Shown in pieces: positions 48,845-61,100 of a stretch of DNA of 64,000 nt (position 1 is the first letter of the stretch; every line of letters starts with the position of its first letter). Source of the stretch: Albugo candida (taxonomy: Eukaryota); the NCBI GenBank assembly GCA_040437565.1, contig JBDOQK010000009.1:310001-374000 (forward strand), written 5' to 3'. The notes under the pieces are model-generated. The model saw nothing but the letters and a program-made list of their open reading frames with translations. It ran no database searches and was not told the DNA's origin. The translations under genes and the position numbers were made by a program.

Positions 48845-51212
48845 ACATTGTTGATGAAAGTATTTAAAACTAATGATTGTAAAACTCAGCAAAGATTCCG
48901 ATCAGCTAATGTTTGCATTTCATGAGCAAAGTTTCGGGAGGTTGAGGCATTCTGGACACCCTCTTTGTCAATCCCAGCAACTTTGCATCGTGAGTTTAAA
49001 GCTCCCATCGATATGGACACTGAGTACATATAATGATTATACGAGTACGATCTACAATCGCCTTTCGCCTCCACTGACGATATCTAGTTCGTGAGCATCC
49101 ACAACTTCGGCACTCAAACATATCGGATTCTGTAAGACCCTCTAAATCAGGTGTGTTTCGCATCACCTCATACGTCCTTTTCTTCATCCATTGTTTTCGT
49201 TGCTTTACGAGCTGCGGATTTGCCATCTCATTAGCAGACATACGAACCAATGCAGATGCACTCAATTCCCCCGACAAAAGTCTATCGCGCAAGAAATCAT
49301 TTCGAGAGTCTCGTAGATTGAATAATAGTTGTCGAGCTTTCTGTCCGTACGCTTTTGGCAACGTGCAGCTACAAAAAGGGTCATCAGTCATCATACGGTC
49401 ACGTTTGTATGGAAATCTGACTGTAACGTACCACTCTTTGTACAGTTCAAATAGCTGATTCTCGACCTCCATTACGATTCGGTCAAAGTTGTCGGTCAGC
49501 GGTCTCATTATTTTGCTCAGACAATCCTGAAACCTTCTCCTTGAATCTGTACANNNNNNNNNNNNNNNNNNNNNNNNNNNNNNNNNNNNNNNNNNNNNNN
49601 NNNNNNNNNNNNNNNNNNNNNNNNNNNNNNNNNNNNNNNNNNNNNNNNNNNNNCATCCGGTAGCACTCGATCAGCTTCACGATAAGACGGAGAGCGATTG
49701 TTGCAAGTCACAAGCAACAAATCAAAACTTTGTGTCTGGCGATTCGGACACATCGAATGTCTCAAAATGCACAATCTTTATCAGCCACCAATTTGCTTCC
49801 ATACACAAACAATTGTACAAGTCAATTCAGCACGAGAGTCACATCATTACAAAGCCTCTGGACGCCGATATACTTTTGAGTCTTGGAGTCGCGGTCGTTT
49901 GTCTAATGTCGAGTCCAATTGCCCAATGCGTCGAAGGAAAAAGATTACTTGCGTTGGCGACAATCCATCAGCGACTGATTGTCCTTTTCTACAGCTTGGA
50001 ATCACCGGATTGTAACACTCTTGAGCAAGATCCTTTCTCGATTTTGCAACACGCATGTGAGCAGAAGGAATTGGAGACGCTCAAGAAATGCGCTAATCTC
50101 GAAGTTCAGCTTCATCATGGCATTCCAGGGGCGATCAAGTCGATGATCATGTGTGCGAGGTACGATCCTTGTCATCCTTTTACGAGACATTCGATGTTAT
50201 CCTTTTGCTGATAGGAGAGAGGCGGAATCGGGATTTCCACTGTCAATTTTGGTATCAGATAAGCTCGGAAATCATCTCACAGCTGCGACAGTAAATGAAG
50301 AATTTCGAAAACGATATCACTTTTTCTTGTCATGCCATGAAATATCAGTAAATGGAGCAATTTCACTGTCCTTCCGATTCAAATCCTTCAAAGTTGAAAA
50401 GATCCCAGTGCAAAAATTCAACTCGAACCACTGGCGACGAATGCTTCCCAACCTTTCTTTGGCAGCGGCGAATGCTATCGTTGCTCATTTTTGCGATAAA
50501 TAGACATTGTTGATGAAAGTATTTAAAACTAATGATTGTAAAACTCAGCAAAGATTCCGATCAGCTAATGTTTGCATTTCATGAGCAAAGTTTCGGGAGG
50601 TTGAGGCATTCTGGACACCCTCTTTGTCAATCCCAGCAACTTTGCATCGTGAGTTTAAAGCTCCCATCGATATGGACACTGAGTACATATAATGATTATA
50701 CGAGTACGATCTACAATCGCCTTTCGCCTCCACTGACGATATCTAGTTCGTGAGCATCCACAACTTCGGCACTCAAACATATCGGATTCTGTAAGACCCT
50801 CTAAATCAGGTGTGTTTCGCATCACCTCATACGTCCTTTTCTTCATCCATTGTTTTCGTTGCTTTACGAGCTGCGGATTTGCCATCTCATTAGCAGACAT
50901 ACGAACCAATGCAGATGCACTCAATTCCCCCGACAAAAGTCTATCGCGCAAGAAATCATTTCGAGAGTCTCGTAGATTGAATAATAGTTGTCGAGCTTTC
51001 TGTCCGTACGCTTTTGGCAACGTGCAGCTACAAAAAGGGTCATCAGTCATCATACGGTCACGTTTGTATGGAAATCTGACTGTAACGTACCACTCTTTGT
51101 ACAGTTCAAATAGCTGATTCTCGACCTCCATTACGATTCGGTCAAAGTTGTCGGTCAGCGGTCTCATTATTTTGCTCAGACAATCCTGAAACCTTCTCCT
51201 TGAATCTGTACA
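47995..51212. repeat. Identical 1.56-kb duplicate across an N gap (47995-49553 = 49654-51212), assembly artefact
   Basis: ORF translations are identical in both copies, which flank a 100-N gap. Confidence 0.9.
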
Positions 51213-51568
51213 ACAATATCAATTGATGTGATCGCTATGACTCATAAAAACTTACAGATCGTCATGGCGTGGCTCCAGGCTTTTGAAACACGACCCAATT
51301 GGGTGAATGCAGCAATTTTCAAAAGCACTTCCAAGGGCAAGTCATTCGCAATGAACCCCACCGATTTGTTCGGACTTTCCCCGCATTTAAAGTCTGTTTT
51401 GTCACATACAAAGGCTTTGAAACGATAAAGTTGGATGGACGAAGAGAAATGACCTTTTTGACGATATCTCAATTCGAATAGCTCTTCTTCGATTTCGGAA
51501 CAAAGCACTTCGTCGTGACGTTCACTCTGCTCGGCTTCAACGATAAGGCTTGTATTCAGAGGTAGCAT
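50655..51568 (-). CDS. F-box-like motif + TFIIS central domain + TFIIS-type zinc ribbon protein (intron 51206-51255; probable in-frame 63-nt intron near 51030-51090)
   Basis: NDLPLEVLLKIAAF..LGRVSKAW; KARQLLFNLRDSRNDFLRDRLLSGELSASALVRMSANEMAN; MFECRSCG...ICTQCPYRW. The start could be 51568 or 51613. The partial copy at 48996-49553 is the artefact. Confidence 0.8.
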
Positions 51569-52559
51569 AGTACTACAAGGTCTGGTGACGTATATTTTCT
51601 GGAATGAAGGCATTCCTCGAGTAAGTTTACAAAGCATTATGACTGGTTGAAATATTATATAAGATTGATCCAATTGCAATCAGCTAACTTTGTGGCATGA
51701 TAATACCACAAACGCCATCATTTGGCTTTCGTGCAGAGTGCTCTGATATTGGTCTAAAATCTAAATTAAAGAGAGTAGTTTAGGCAAGCTGATTCATCAT
51801 CCCCAGCTCTTTATTTACTACTAAAAGCATAAACCATGTTTCTCATAAATCACACATATTCGTATCAGTCAAACTATAATCAGAGTATACCGCATTACGG
51901 TTGCACGGGCCCTATCCACCGGCTCGTTATATTTGTGTATTTGTGCTGACATGTGTCGCAGTGGATAGGCAAGTACTGCAGCGAAGACGCGTATTTGAGT
52001 TATACGCATTGGACTGCAGAAAACTCTAATACGATCGTTTTGCTGCGATAAAATTTGTGTACAGCGTAAGAAAGTATACATGCCTCAGGTTACACAGACA
52101 ATTTTGTGAGCTCATACCGGTGCGTCAAATTCGTACCAAATTGTGATACGAGTTTATACCTGTTAATCGCCGTATATAATAGCCACTCATACGTGACCAG
52201 AGGGCGCCATCAAATTTGCGGAATGCCGTTTAGTGAACAAGGAAATGCATGCAATTATACCGAACTTTCTATCTTAGAGAGAACTCACTCCAAGGTTTCG
52301 CAGAATGCCCATAACACTTTTAACGTGGAGGTTTAGCGTTGAGGCGTTTGTTCATCCGATGTATTCTCACGAGCACTTACTTCTGTGGGTGGGCGATGGC
52401 CATCACGGCTAACTATTCAATATGCCAAAAAATAAGACCACAGACTTTCATGCTTGGCTTTAAGGTTACATGGTATACGATGCAGCAAAGTTCATAGCAA
52501 ACACTATGCAATTCAAGCAACAAGTGAGAGAATACGTTGTTCGTATTCAATTGCCGATT

Positions 52560-53450
52560 TCCAAACTGCTGTGGCGACGGAATGGACAAGATTGCGAGAC
52601 TCACAAGAAGCACATCTCAGGCGGTATGGTCGCGTCGGAATTATAGAATCGCATTGTCAAGAAACGAGGGATGTGTGCAGCTGTCGAGAAGGGGGTCTAT
52701 ATTTGAAGCAATTAAGTCGATGCTCCACCAAAACTCTATCATAATCGCTCAGCACACAATTTTGATGTCACGGACATGAAGTTGTAGCCATCGTACCGAC
52801 CTATCCATTCGACACTATTAGATGTGTGCTTGTGCTGAGTTGGCAATCAAACTCATTTAGAAGCTTCTTGATGCCATTCTTTTGTGGACAGAACTCCACA
52901 AAAGGTTATATGAAAGCGCTACAAACGAAAACGGGCATTGTTTTAGGCGCTTTGATGTCACGAAACTGCCTTCTACTATCGTTCCCGACAAATACATCAT
53001 CTGTTTTTCATCGAATACGATAGTTTGATGCTCGTCACCACGCTCAATCTCTTCCCGCCTGCCACCTCTTTTAATCGGCCGTTCGCAAGCATCAATCATT
53101 CCCGCAGATTGCTTTGCACACCTACCGATGCGAGCTGCAATATGTAAACATCGATGCGGTCTCCATACGTGGTCTAATCAACTTTCGACTCTGTTGAAGG
53201 CCGAAAATAATTTGCATCTTTTGGATGACAATTTTGATACGCCGTGCCCAAACCATACTGATCAATTTCGTGACCAACAAATACACAATCTAAATAGTCG
53301 AATTGACCTGTAGCTTGCAATCAGCTGCATTCGGGCAACCAGTCGTGCCTTGTCGTGATCTCTGCCTCGTCCTTTTGGGTTGTACCCAGTCACGCTTTGA
53401 TTCGAGTGAGCACTTACTAATTGCCATTAAATTGTAAATCCATTGCACCT
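52560..53450 (-). mobile_element. Degenerate Merlin (IS1016/IS1595-like) DNA transposase remnant
   Basis: Frameshifted pieces in Merlin order: GGRREEIERGDE (GG..VEIDE), FVEFCPQKN, HLIVSNG* (IxSDxW), VEHRLN..F...P...LHT (HxxVNH..F.DP...HT). TIRs were not identified. Confidence 0.45.
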
Positions 53451-53722
53451 TTGCATATTGACAGGTTCGTTATTCATTATTCCTCCATTATACGAAGCAA
53501 CGTTTCCACAGTGAGAGATGGACGCCCATAAGCATGACAAACACAGTGATCGCACTCTACTCGTTAGGATTTGAGGAAAAGATATTGACACGGAAGAGGA
53601 ACTGTTCACGTGGAAAGTTTGCTGAAATTGGGTACATGAATAAAGTCAAACGCGTAAGAATAATGCAATGATAAGACATTCCTTTCATTACACCAAAAAA
53701 ACGTTTCAGCTTTTGTGAAATC

Positions 53723-55183
53723 TCATTTTTTCTCTTCATGGAACAAGAAGAAAACAGTCAGCAACAGCACACCGGCCATCATTGAGAATGCTGACAAGTA
53801 GTACGGGAAGGCTGTCGGAATGAAACGCTCATATTCGTCATGTTTGAATGGCCGAACAGAGACCTGCGTTGTGGAGTATAGCGTCGAGAGCCCCAAACGG
53901 CGATACATCACACGAAAAAGAAAAATCCCGTACTGATCCGGTGCTTGGAATGTGGTCGAGTAGTGTCCTTTTTTATCGTGAGTCATTGTACGTCGAACAT
54001 ATGGATCCAGCATTACGAATTCCAGCTGCACATCGTCTGCCATAAATGGTTTCCATTCTCCATTACGATATTCATGGATGTCCAAAGAGTAAGTCAAATT
54101 GTCACAGATTCGGTATACCAAGGAGTCCCGAGCAATCTCAGCATCCGGATACCTCGTCACTGGCTGGTCGGATCGTGCTGTGTTTTTGAGCATTCGATCC
54201 GGTTTGCTTCCGTCTTCTCGTTGATGATGCACGTTTGACATGCGTAAAACGCCGACCTCTTGGAAAACCCATTTGCTTATACTACTCACAAAGACTTCAT
54301 TTGCAAAGTCTGAAGTAAAGTATTCATCGGAAAAGAGTTCCATGGAGCCAGAAAATATCGCACGAGCATTGTTGCGTGCTTGAACGGCGGTAACAAGTCC
54401 GATTGCTGAGCCGTATACACTTTTCCGACACGCATCACCCTTTGGATTACACAAATAGGATGTCGAAGGTGCGTGTAGAACATGGAATGCAAGGATGCTG
54501 CTTGTATCAATGGCTGTACCAAGACCTTGGAATGCGATCTGTTTCCCAGTCGAAGGAGTCGGTCCAACGACATGAGAAGATGGAGTGAAATCAGACGCCA
54601 AAATGATCGAATTATACAGATTGTTGGCTGTTTCGACGCGAGCGACATGATCCAATACGACCATAGCATCCGATGAAAACGAAATACCACACTGAAGGGA
54701 GAATTTGCGAAGACCTTTGCTCAATTGAGAGCTGCAGATAAACAAGACAAGTCAGCAAATGATAGGAAGCTGACGCAACGTACTTTGCGCCAAGAAGTAT
54801 GTTTCCTCCTTTGTCCAAAAAATCCATCAAATGTCGAGCGGTGAGACGAGTGGCTTTGATATCCGAGCTAAAAATGATCAAATGATCGAACAGGTTTTCA
54901 TCGTATTTCTCGAGAAGAAAAGCTTTTGTCGCATTTCCAAAGTCAAAAGTGAGCGAATGCCCTTGTTCTGATACAAAACATTACAATCGATGTAAAGTAA
55001 ATGCACTGTGTCGCATGCATAGAATGGATGTGCTTTTCATGTACCTCTCAATTGATCAAAGAATTTCGAGTACGTCGATACTCCTCGGTCATTCTCCAAA
55101 AGCACAGCGGTGCGAACACCTTTTGATGCGATAATCTTTAAAGAGATACAATGCAACATCACGAAAAGAAGCGTGCTGGCCAT
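53723..55183 (-). CDS. WBP1: Oligosaccharyltransferase 48-kDa subunit (WBP1/DDOST), 2 introns
   Basis: Signal peptide; FLDKGGNILL, QARNNARAIFSGS, DDVQLEFVMLDPYVR, PDQYGIFLFRV, VRPFKHDEYERFI..AFPYY; C-terminal TM and terminal di-lysine. Confidence 0.95.
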
Positions 55184-55319
55184 CGGTAGACAAGTGCGAA
55201 ATCCCATCATCTTTTGTGGGGATTCAGACGAGAAACGTGTGGCCGAGCTCGAATACGAGCCCCTTGTTGATTAAACATTAGCTTTCACAGTAATAACTGT
55301 TATTACAGGTTATCAATTG

Positions 55320-57972
55320 CTATGCGTTCCCACCAGACACCTTCATGGCAGAGTCCGGTCGCACTTCACTGTATTTTGATGTACCCGGTGGACCATTCGT
55401 CTGAATGAAAGAGATATTTGACCCATCTATAGAATTTACGTGTCCACTTTGCCCAAGTGCGATTGATGGAGCATTCAACGCTTCAAAATGAGGCAAAACT
55501 TCTTGTCCTGGCGGCAGTCCATATCGCATCTGTTCTGCCATCATGACTGGATGCAGTGGCGGTCGTGTCATCGACATGTCTATCCGATTTTCGCCATTTG
55601 ATGCAATGGGATTGTCATGAGGTGGTTTTTGTGCTGAAAAGCTGTGATAATCTTGACGAATGGAAGTGACAAGTGCTCGAGCTTGTTCGCATGCAATAGT
55701 GAAACTTCGTTCATTTTCAGACGATATGAGAACTGCAAGTGGCTCGTTGGCTATTTCTTCTGCTCCAGGCTCTTTTGATCCCGATCCTCGTCCACGAAGT
55801 CGAATCTTTGCATTCCCACCAGCTTCCGCTATTATTCGCTTCATATGCGCACCACTCGGTCCGATGATTCGTTTCGTCACACAAAATTCTGGATCATCAT
55901 CGATTCCAATGACAATCCTTTCAAAATACGCAGGTGGAGAAGTCGATTCAGTTGTGTCATTTACACCAGCAAAAGCCGTTTGTGAGGGTTCAACGACGTG
56001 AGGTGGACGAAATGGTGGAACGTTAGGATGAGGAAGGACCACACCACATCGCTGGGCAAAGATATCAGCCAATTTTTGTGTCACCGAAAGAGTGATTGGT
56101 CCAATACGAACGCCACGATCACCAAAAAGTTGTTTAATCATCGGCTCGGTGGTCGAAATGGGTGGAGCATTCATTTGGACGACAAAGCGCGTTTGTACCG
56201 GAAATGGTGACATTTGGTGAGGTGAATGGCTAAATGCATTGGGCACCATGTTGACAATAGATGGCGATACGGCCTCAAAAACACCAAGAAGGTGTCGATC
56301 CGACATATTGAGAAGGAAGAGCGGCGTCCCTGGAACGACGTGTTGCTTCGCTATTGCTTCATGGTCTTTGCCAAGTCCAAACAGTAAACGACCAAAACAC
56401 TCATCGATTGTCAAATTGTTGCATGCAAATACGAATCCCGGAATGGAAACTCGCCAGTGAAAAGTTGAGAGCGTATTGGGATTATTATAAACACTGGCAG
56501 CAGCCTCTCGACGTCGTACTGCGAGCTCGAATGCTCCACCATTCAATGCCTGTTCGTCTTCAACTGATTTATAATGGAGCTGAATCTGTGGTTGAGAGAA
56601 AAGGATACGCAGACATGTTCGCCCTTGATCGATTTCGAGTTGCAGGAATTTTGGTCTACAAGAAAAGTGAGATTTTTGCGAATTTGGCTGCTGCAATTGA
56701 AGGAACAACTTACGCATTTGGAACAAACAGATATTTGGATGCGACATTTTCAAAGCATTCCCACGGACACTCACAAATTCGGAGCCATTCAATTGGAAAC
56801 ACGCCATCCCACGATGGGCGGGTATCTGTTTGATACGGCACAATACCAGAGCTCAAGTCTTCTCCACGAGTTGGTAGTCGTTGTATAACGTCTCTAGTGA
56901 GTCGAATCACCCCTTGAAAATGCCTGCTAGAGGTGACTGTGATAAACATAAAGACGACCTCGTAGCTATCTGCTAACTCTCTAAGCTGTTGCTGGGAAGA
57001 ACTCGATAATGACCATTGTTGGTAGTGAACGGAATGCGCGATATTGTGATAACTGAATGAATGCAATATGAAATATGCGCAATTTCGATCAGCATCCGGA
57101 AGTCTCGGTTGAGGTTCTTGCAATGGAATAGAATGAATCGCTTCATTGACCGGAAAGCTGTCGGGAGCCCCTGCTTTCTGAAATCCAATCGGATCTGCAC
57201 GTTCATTTTGTCGCGGAAAAGGTCGTAATTCCTGCTCGCCATGTGCGAAATGACACTCATCGCCAAAAGGGCACGAACCCAATTTTTCCCAATGTTTACA
57301 GATTGCAATTTTATAAAATTCATTCACAGGTTGCGTTTTCCGTCGCTTTACATTCTCTTCTTCTGCGACTTTGGACTGAAGTGCGAAATCGGCTGTTTCG
57401 GGACATTCTTCTCGTGCCAATTTGATATGACTGAATTTCACAATGTATACAATTTATGATACAATATCATTAGTATAAGACCGAATGTTGTGAGCAGACA
57501 TCGCGTTACCGATAGCGACAATTGGGACCATGAGAGCAGAATCCTTGTCTATAAAATGCACATTCCATACGATCTTCATCTGGAACATGACGAAATGGAC
57601 ATTCTGGAACTTGGCATTCCATTCCCCAGCGACATTCGGGCATTTTGGACATGTCGTACTATTATTTGCAATCAATTTATGAGATTACGCTCTGTTACGC
57701 AATTTGAAGAGAATACAACGTACTTGGTGCAAAAATTCACAAGAATCGCCCTTCATACAGAGTCCACGGAGCCAATGCCGACATACAACCGTGCCTCGTT
57801 TGAAATCTTTCTTCATTCCGTCATCCTCGTTTGATAAAAAACGAGAAATACCAGACGATGTATTATTTCCATTGGAATGGGAATCGTTTGGATCATTGCG
57901 TTGACTTGCGAGCTCGAAATCAAACCGTAAATGCTGCTCTTCTTCGTCGCGAAGTAGTAAGCCGAGAACCAT
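55320..57972 (-). CDS. CPSF30: CPSF30-like CCCH protein fused to an extra CCCH, YTH, DCD and KH domains (multi-exon)
   Basis: LRFDFE, VCRHWLRGLCMKGDSCEFLH; KIAICKHW..GSCPFGDECHFAHG; YTH YFILHS..NIAHSV...W, SRHFQG, FPIEWL; DCD GFVFACNNLTIDECFGRLLFGL..PGTPLFLLN; KH KRIIGPSGAHMKRI...KIRLRGRGSG. A GT-AG intron at ~56658-56713 joins the frames. Confidence 0.88.
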
Positions 57973-58100
57973 TCGCAAATTCTGAAAGGGATGGGAGAAG
58001 TACAGTGAGTAGTATATTAAAGGCCGATTAAGGAAGATACCGCTCAAGAGGACCGCGACCTTTCAAGATCGCGCAATCGCCAAACACCACCAATTTGCAA

Positions 58101-61100
58101 ATGCTTTTTCTTGTCTTCATTAGCCTCATTATCGTATCACTTTATGGTAGGGCCTGTTTTGACGCAACTAGAGTTCCTAAGCTTTTCAATGTCTCTCTTA
58201 GTAGGCGCATGCACCGTTGATATTCTTCAAGCAACCAACGGCACGAGCACGTCCTTAACGCTTTCTTTGTACCTCACAGACACATCCAATCTTCATTACG
58301 TCGTTACTGTATCACATAGTAGCGATAATTATACCGCTTTGGACATAAGCGCGCTGACAAACAAGCGAAAATCCTCAAATGATTGCATCGAAAGTGGACT
58401 CATCAGCACTGAGCGAGCTCAGTCGATTGTTAAACAAATTGACAATTTGAAATCAGATACAAATTACAATGTGTATTTGATGGTCGAAGTTCCAGAAAGT
58501 TATGGCGTTTTTGGGCCTGTCATTAGAACGGAAGCAAGGACGCACGCGGCACCTCCACAAATTAAGACTCTCATAGCCGAGGCCATCAAGAATTCCACCA
58601 CTGAAGCACGTTTGACAATTGAATTGGATCTCCCAGGGTATATTTATATTATGGCTATTCCGCGAAATTCAAATCTATCCATAGATATATCTGTTGACAC
58701 ATTAGTATTGCCAAATTCATCCCTCAATGCTATTTCGCACGAAGCAGAAGCACTTACTGGAAACTATACCACGATATTGAAGCAATTAACGCCTGCAAAA
58801 AGCTACGATTTGTGGCTTGCATTGAAATCGCTCGGTAAAGGTAATGTATTCGGCCCCATCATAGCTTATACTGATGCATTCCGAACACACGCCCCAGCAC
58901 CTAATGTCATAAGTCTTTCTTGCAACCCACTGAATGGTAGGCATGATACCCTTGTTTTATCGTTCCAGATCCAGTATAGTGCATCTATGATTGATTCTCT
59001 TAGTGGAGAAAAGGCGTCATGGCACAGCACTTTTGCTCATTACGAAGTAATGAATCAAAATGAAGACGTGTATGGTAGGCAAGACACCGAAACAGGACGT
59101 GGCTTTAGTGAAATCAAGTTCAGGAACATTATCGAGCTCAAAAGTACACTGCATCGTACACATTCCATTGTTATACCAGTACGAAGCACCGGCGACTACT
59201 CTATAAGACTCATTGCAGAGACTACAAATCATTCGGGAGTATACGGAGAGCCACTAGTCGTACGCGGCTGTCGAGCACATGATGTTGCACCTTCAATCAA
59301 ACATCTTTCGATTAACCCAACGTATGCAACCATCGACTCCTTAGAACTCCAAGTGGAATTGGAGCGTCCTGGTATAATTCATTACTTACTCGTAGAAGAT
59401 TCCATTTGTGCTTGTCTTGCTCTAATATTCATATCAATTGACACATTAGAGCATTTCTTTCAGAATTGTGGAGATAAATACCTCGTGTCAAGAGGTTCAA
59501 TTCCGTACGGTCCGCACTTGGAAAGCAATGCTTCTCACTGGAGAAACTTCACTATCGATTCTCTGCTTCAAGACACATTATATCATATTGTGCTCTTCAC
59601 CGAAACGATCAACAGCTTTGGGGTCATAAGCCCCTCCTTCCACCATCAAGTTCGTGCTGCGACCCACGCGGATGCAGGAAGAGTTAATGTAATCGCAGCC
59701 AAACCTGAGACAGGAAGAACTGATGCACTGAACATTCTTTTGGAAATGGAGAAGCCTCAAAATTTGCTGATTGTATGTGCTCAGTCAAAGAATCGGTCAC
59801 ATTTGCGTAGTTGCATACAGTATCATAATCATACGAAATCTACGCAAATAAATATTTTGATCGAGAATCTACCGGAGGACACTACATACAAGCTCACCTT
59901 TGAGACACACAGAAGAGACAACAGCGGTGTGCGGAACATTGCCTCCACTCCACTACTAGCGTCAACGTATGCGTCCGCTCCTAGACTCAGTGTGGTGGCT
60001 AAACCAAAGTACGGTTCAACTTCCGCAATCACACTTTGGATTGATCTAGAAGGAGTTGCAGTGGTGCATTATGCCCTTCTTATGGCTCCCAATAATGCAT
60101 CGAAGCTTTTGTCACCACACGAAATATCAGCATATAATGAAACTGGACAAAACGTCGATGGGTCCATCCAAAAGAAAGGCTTTGCACAATCCGAAGTAAA
60201 ATCTATGGATATTGAAATCGACAATTTGAAAGCAAATACAACTTACCTTTTACTTGTGATGTCAGAGACTCCAACAAACAACTCTATTCATCCAAGCTTT
60301 GTTTTTAGTGAGATAAAATCCACTCAAGTATGCACTCATGCATACTCCCCCAAGATATTAGAGGTTCTTGCTCGGCCGATGGATGCTCACTTCGACACCA
60401 TTATTACTAGGATTAATCTAACGGCACCTGGAAAAGTGCATTACTTTGCGAGTAATTATGACTTTTCAGATCCAAATGTTATCAAACCCAGCAAATCGAA
60501 AGAATCCACAGAGCACACAATCAGTGGTCAAGTGGAATTGACAACAGCCGATATTATTCTAGAGTCAAATGAGAGCCGACCATTGTATGCATGTGAATTC
60601 CTCATTATGTCGCTTCTTCCTGACACAACGTATCGAGTATCCATCACAACCCAAAGCACCGGTGACAGCGGAGTTTTTGGTGATTTTCCACCTCCGATAT
60701 TGGTTACCACGCATGCACCTGCTCCCGAGTTACTACCAACAGAAAACTATCTCAGGTCTGTCCCTGGATCTGCCTCCACGCTACAAATCGAAGTATGGCT
60801 GCAAAAGAGCGCACTCGTGCACTATATCATTTTCCTTCGAAAATTTGCCGTAACAACAGCTTCCTCTGTCACACAAAATGATTCTCAGCTAGTTGTTAGT
60901 AGTTTTGAGGTCTCCCAATTGACACCGAAAATGCTTAAAGAAGCGCCTATGAAAGAACTTGGACCCGGAGTTCGGGAAAACGGGTCAATCAGTATCACTG
61001 CTGAGAATGCGCAGCGACAGAAGACTACGATGAAACTCATTGAGAATTTAATTCCTGATGCTTTGTTTGAAGTTTGTATGACAAGCGAAAGTATCGACAG

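Noticed and set aside
48996-50503. Apparent tandem duplication of the TFIIS-like gene and FANCM 3' end
   Set aside because: Identical 1.56-kb overlap flanking a gap; assembly artefact.
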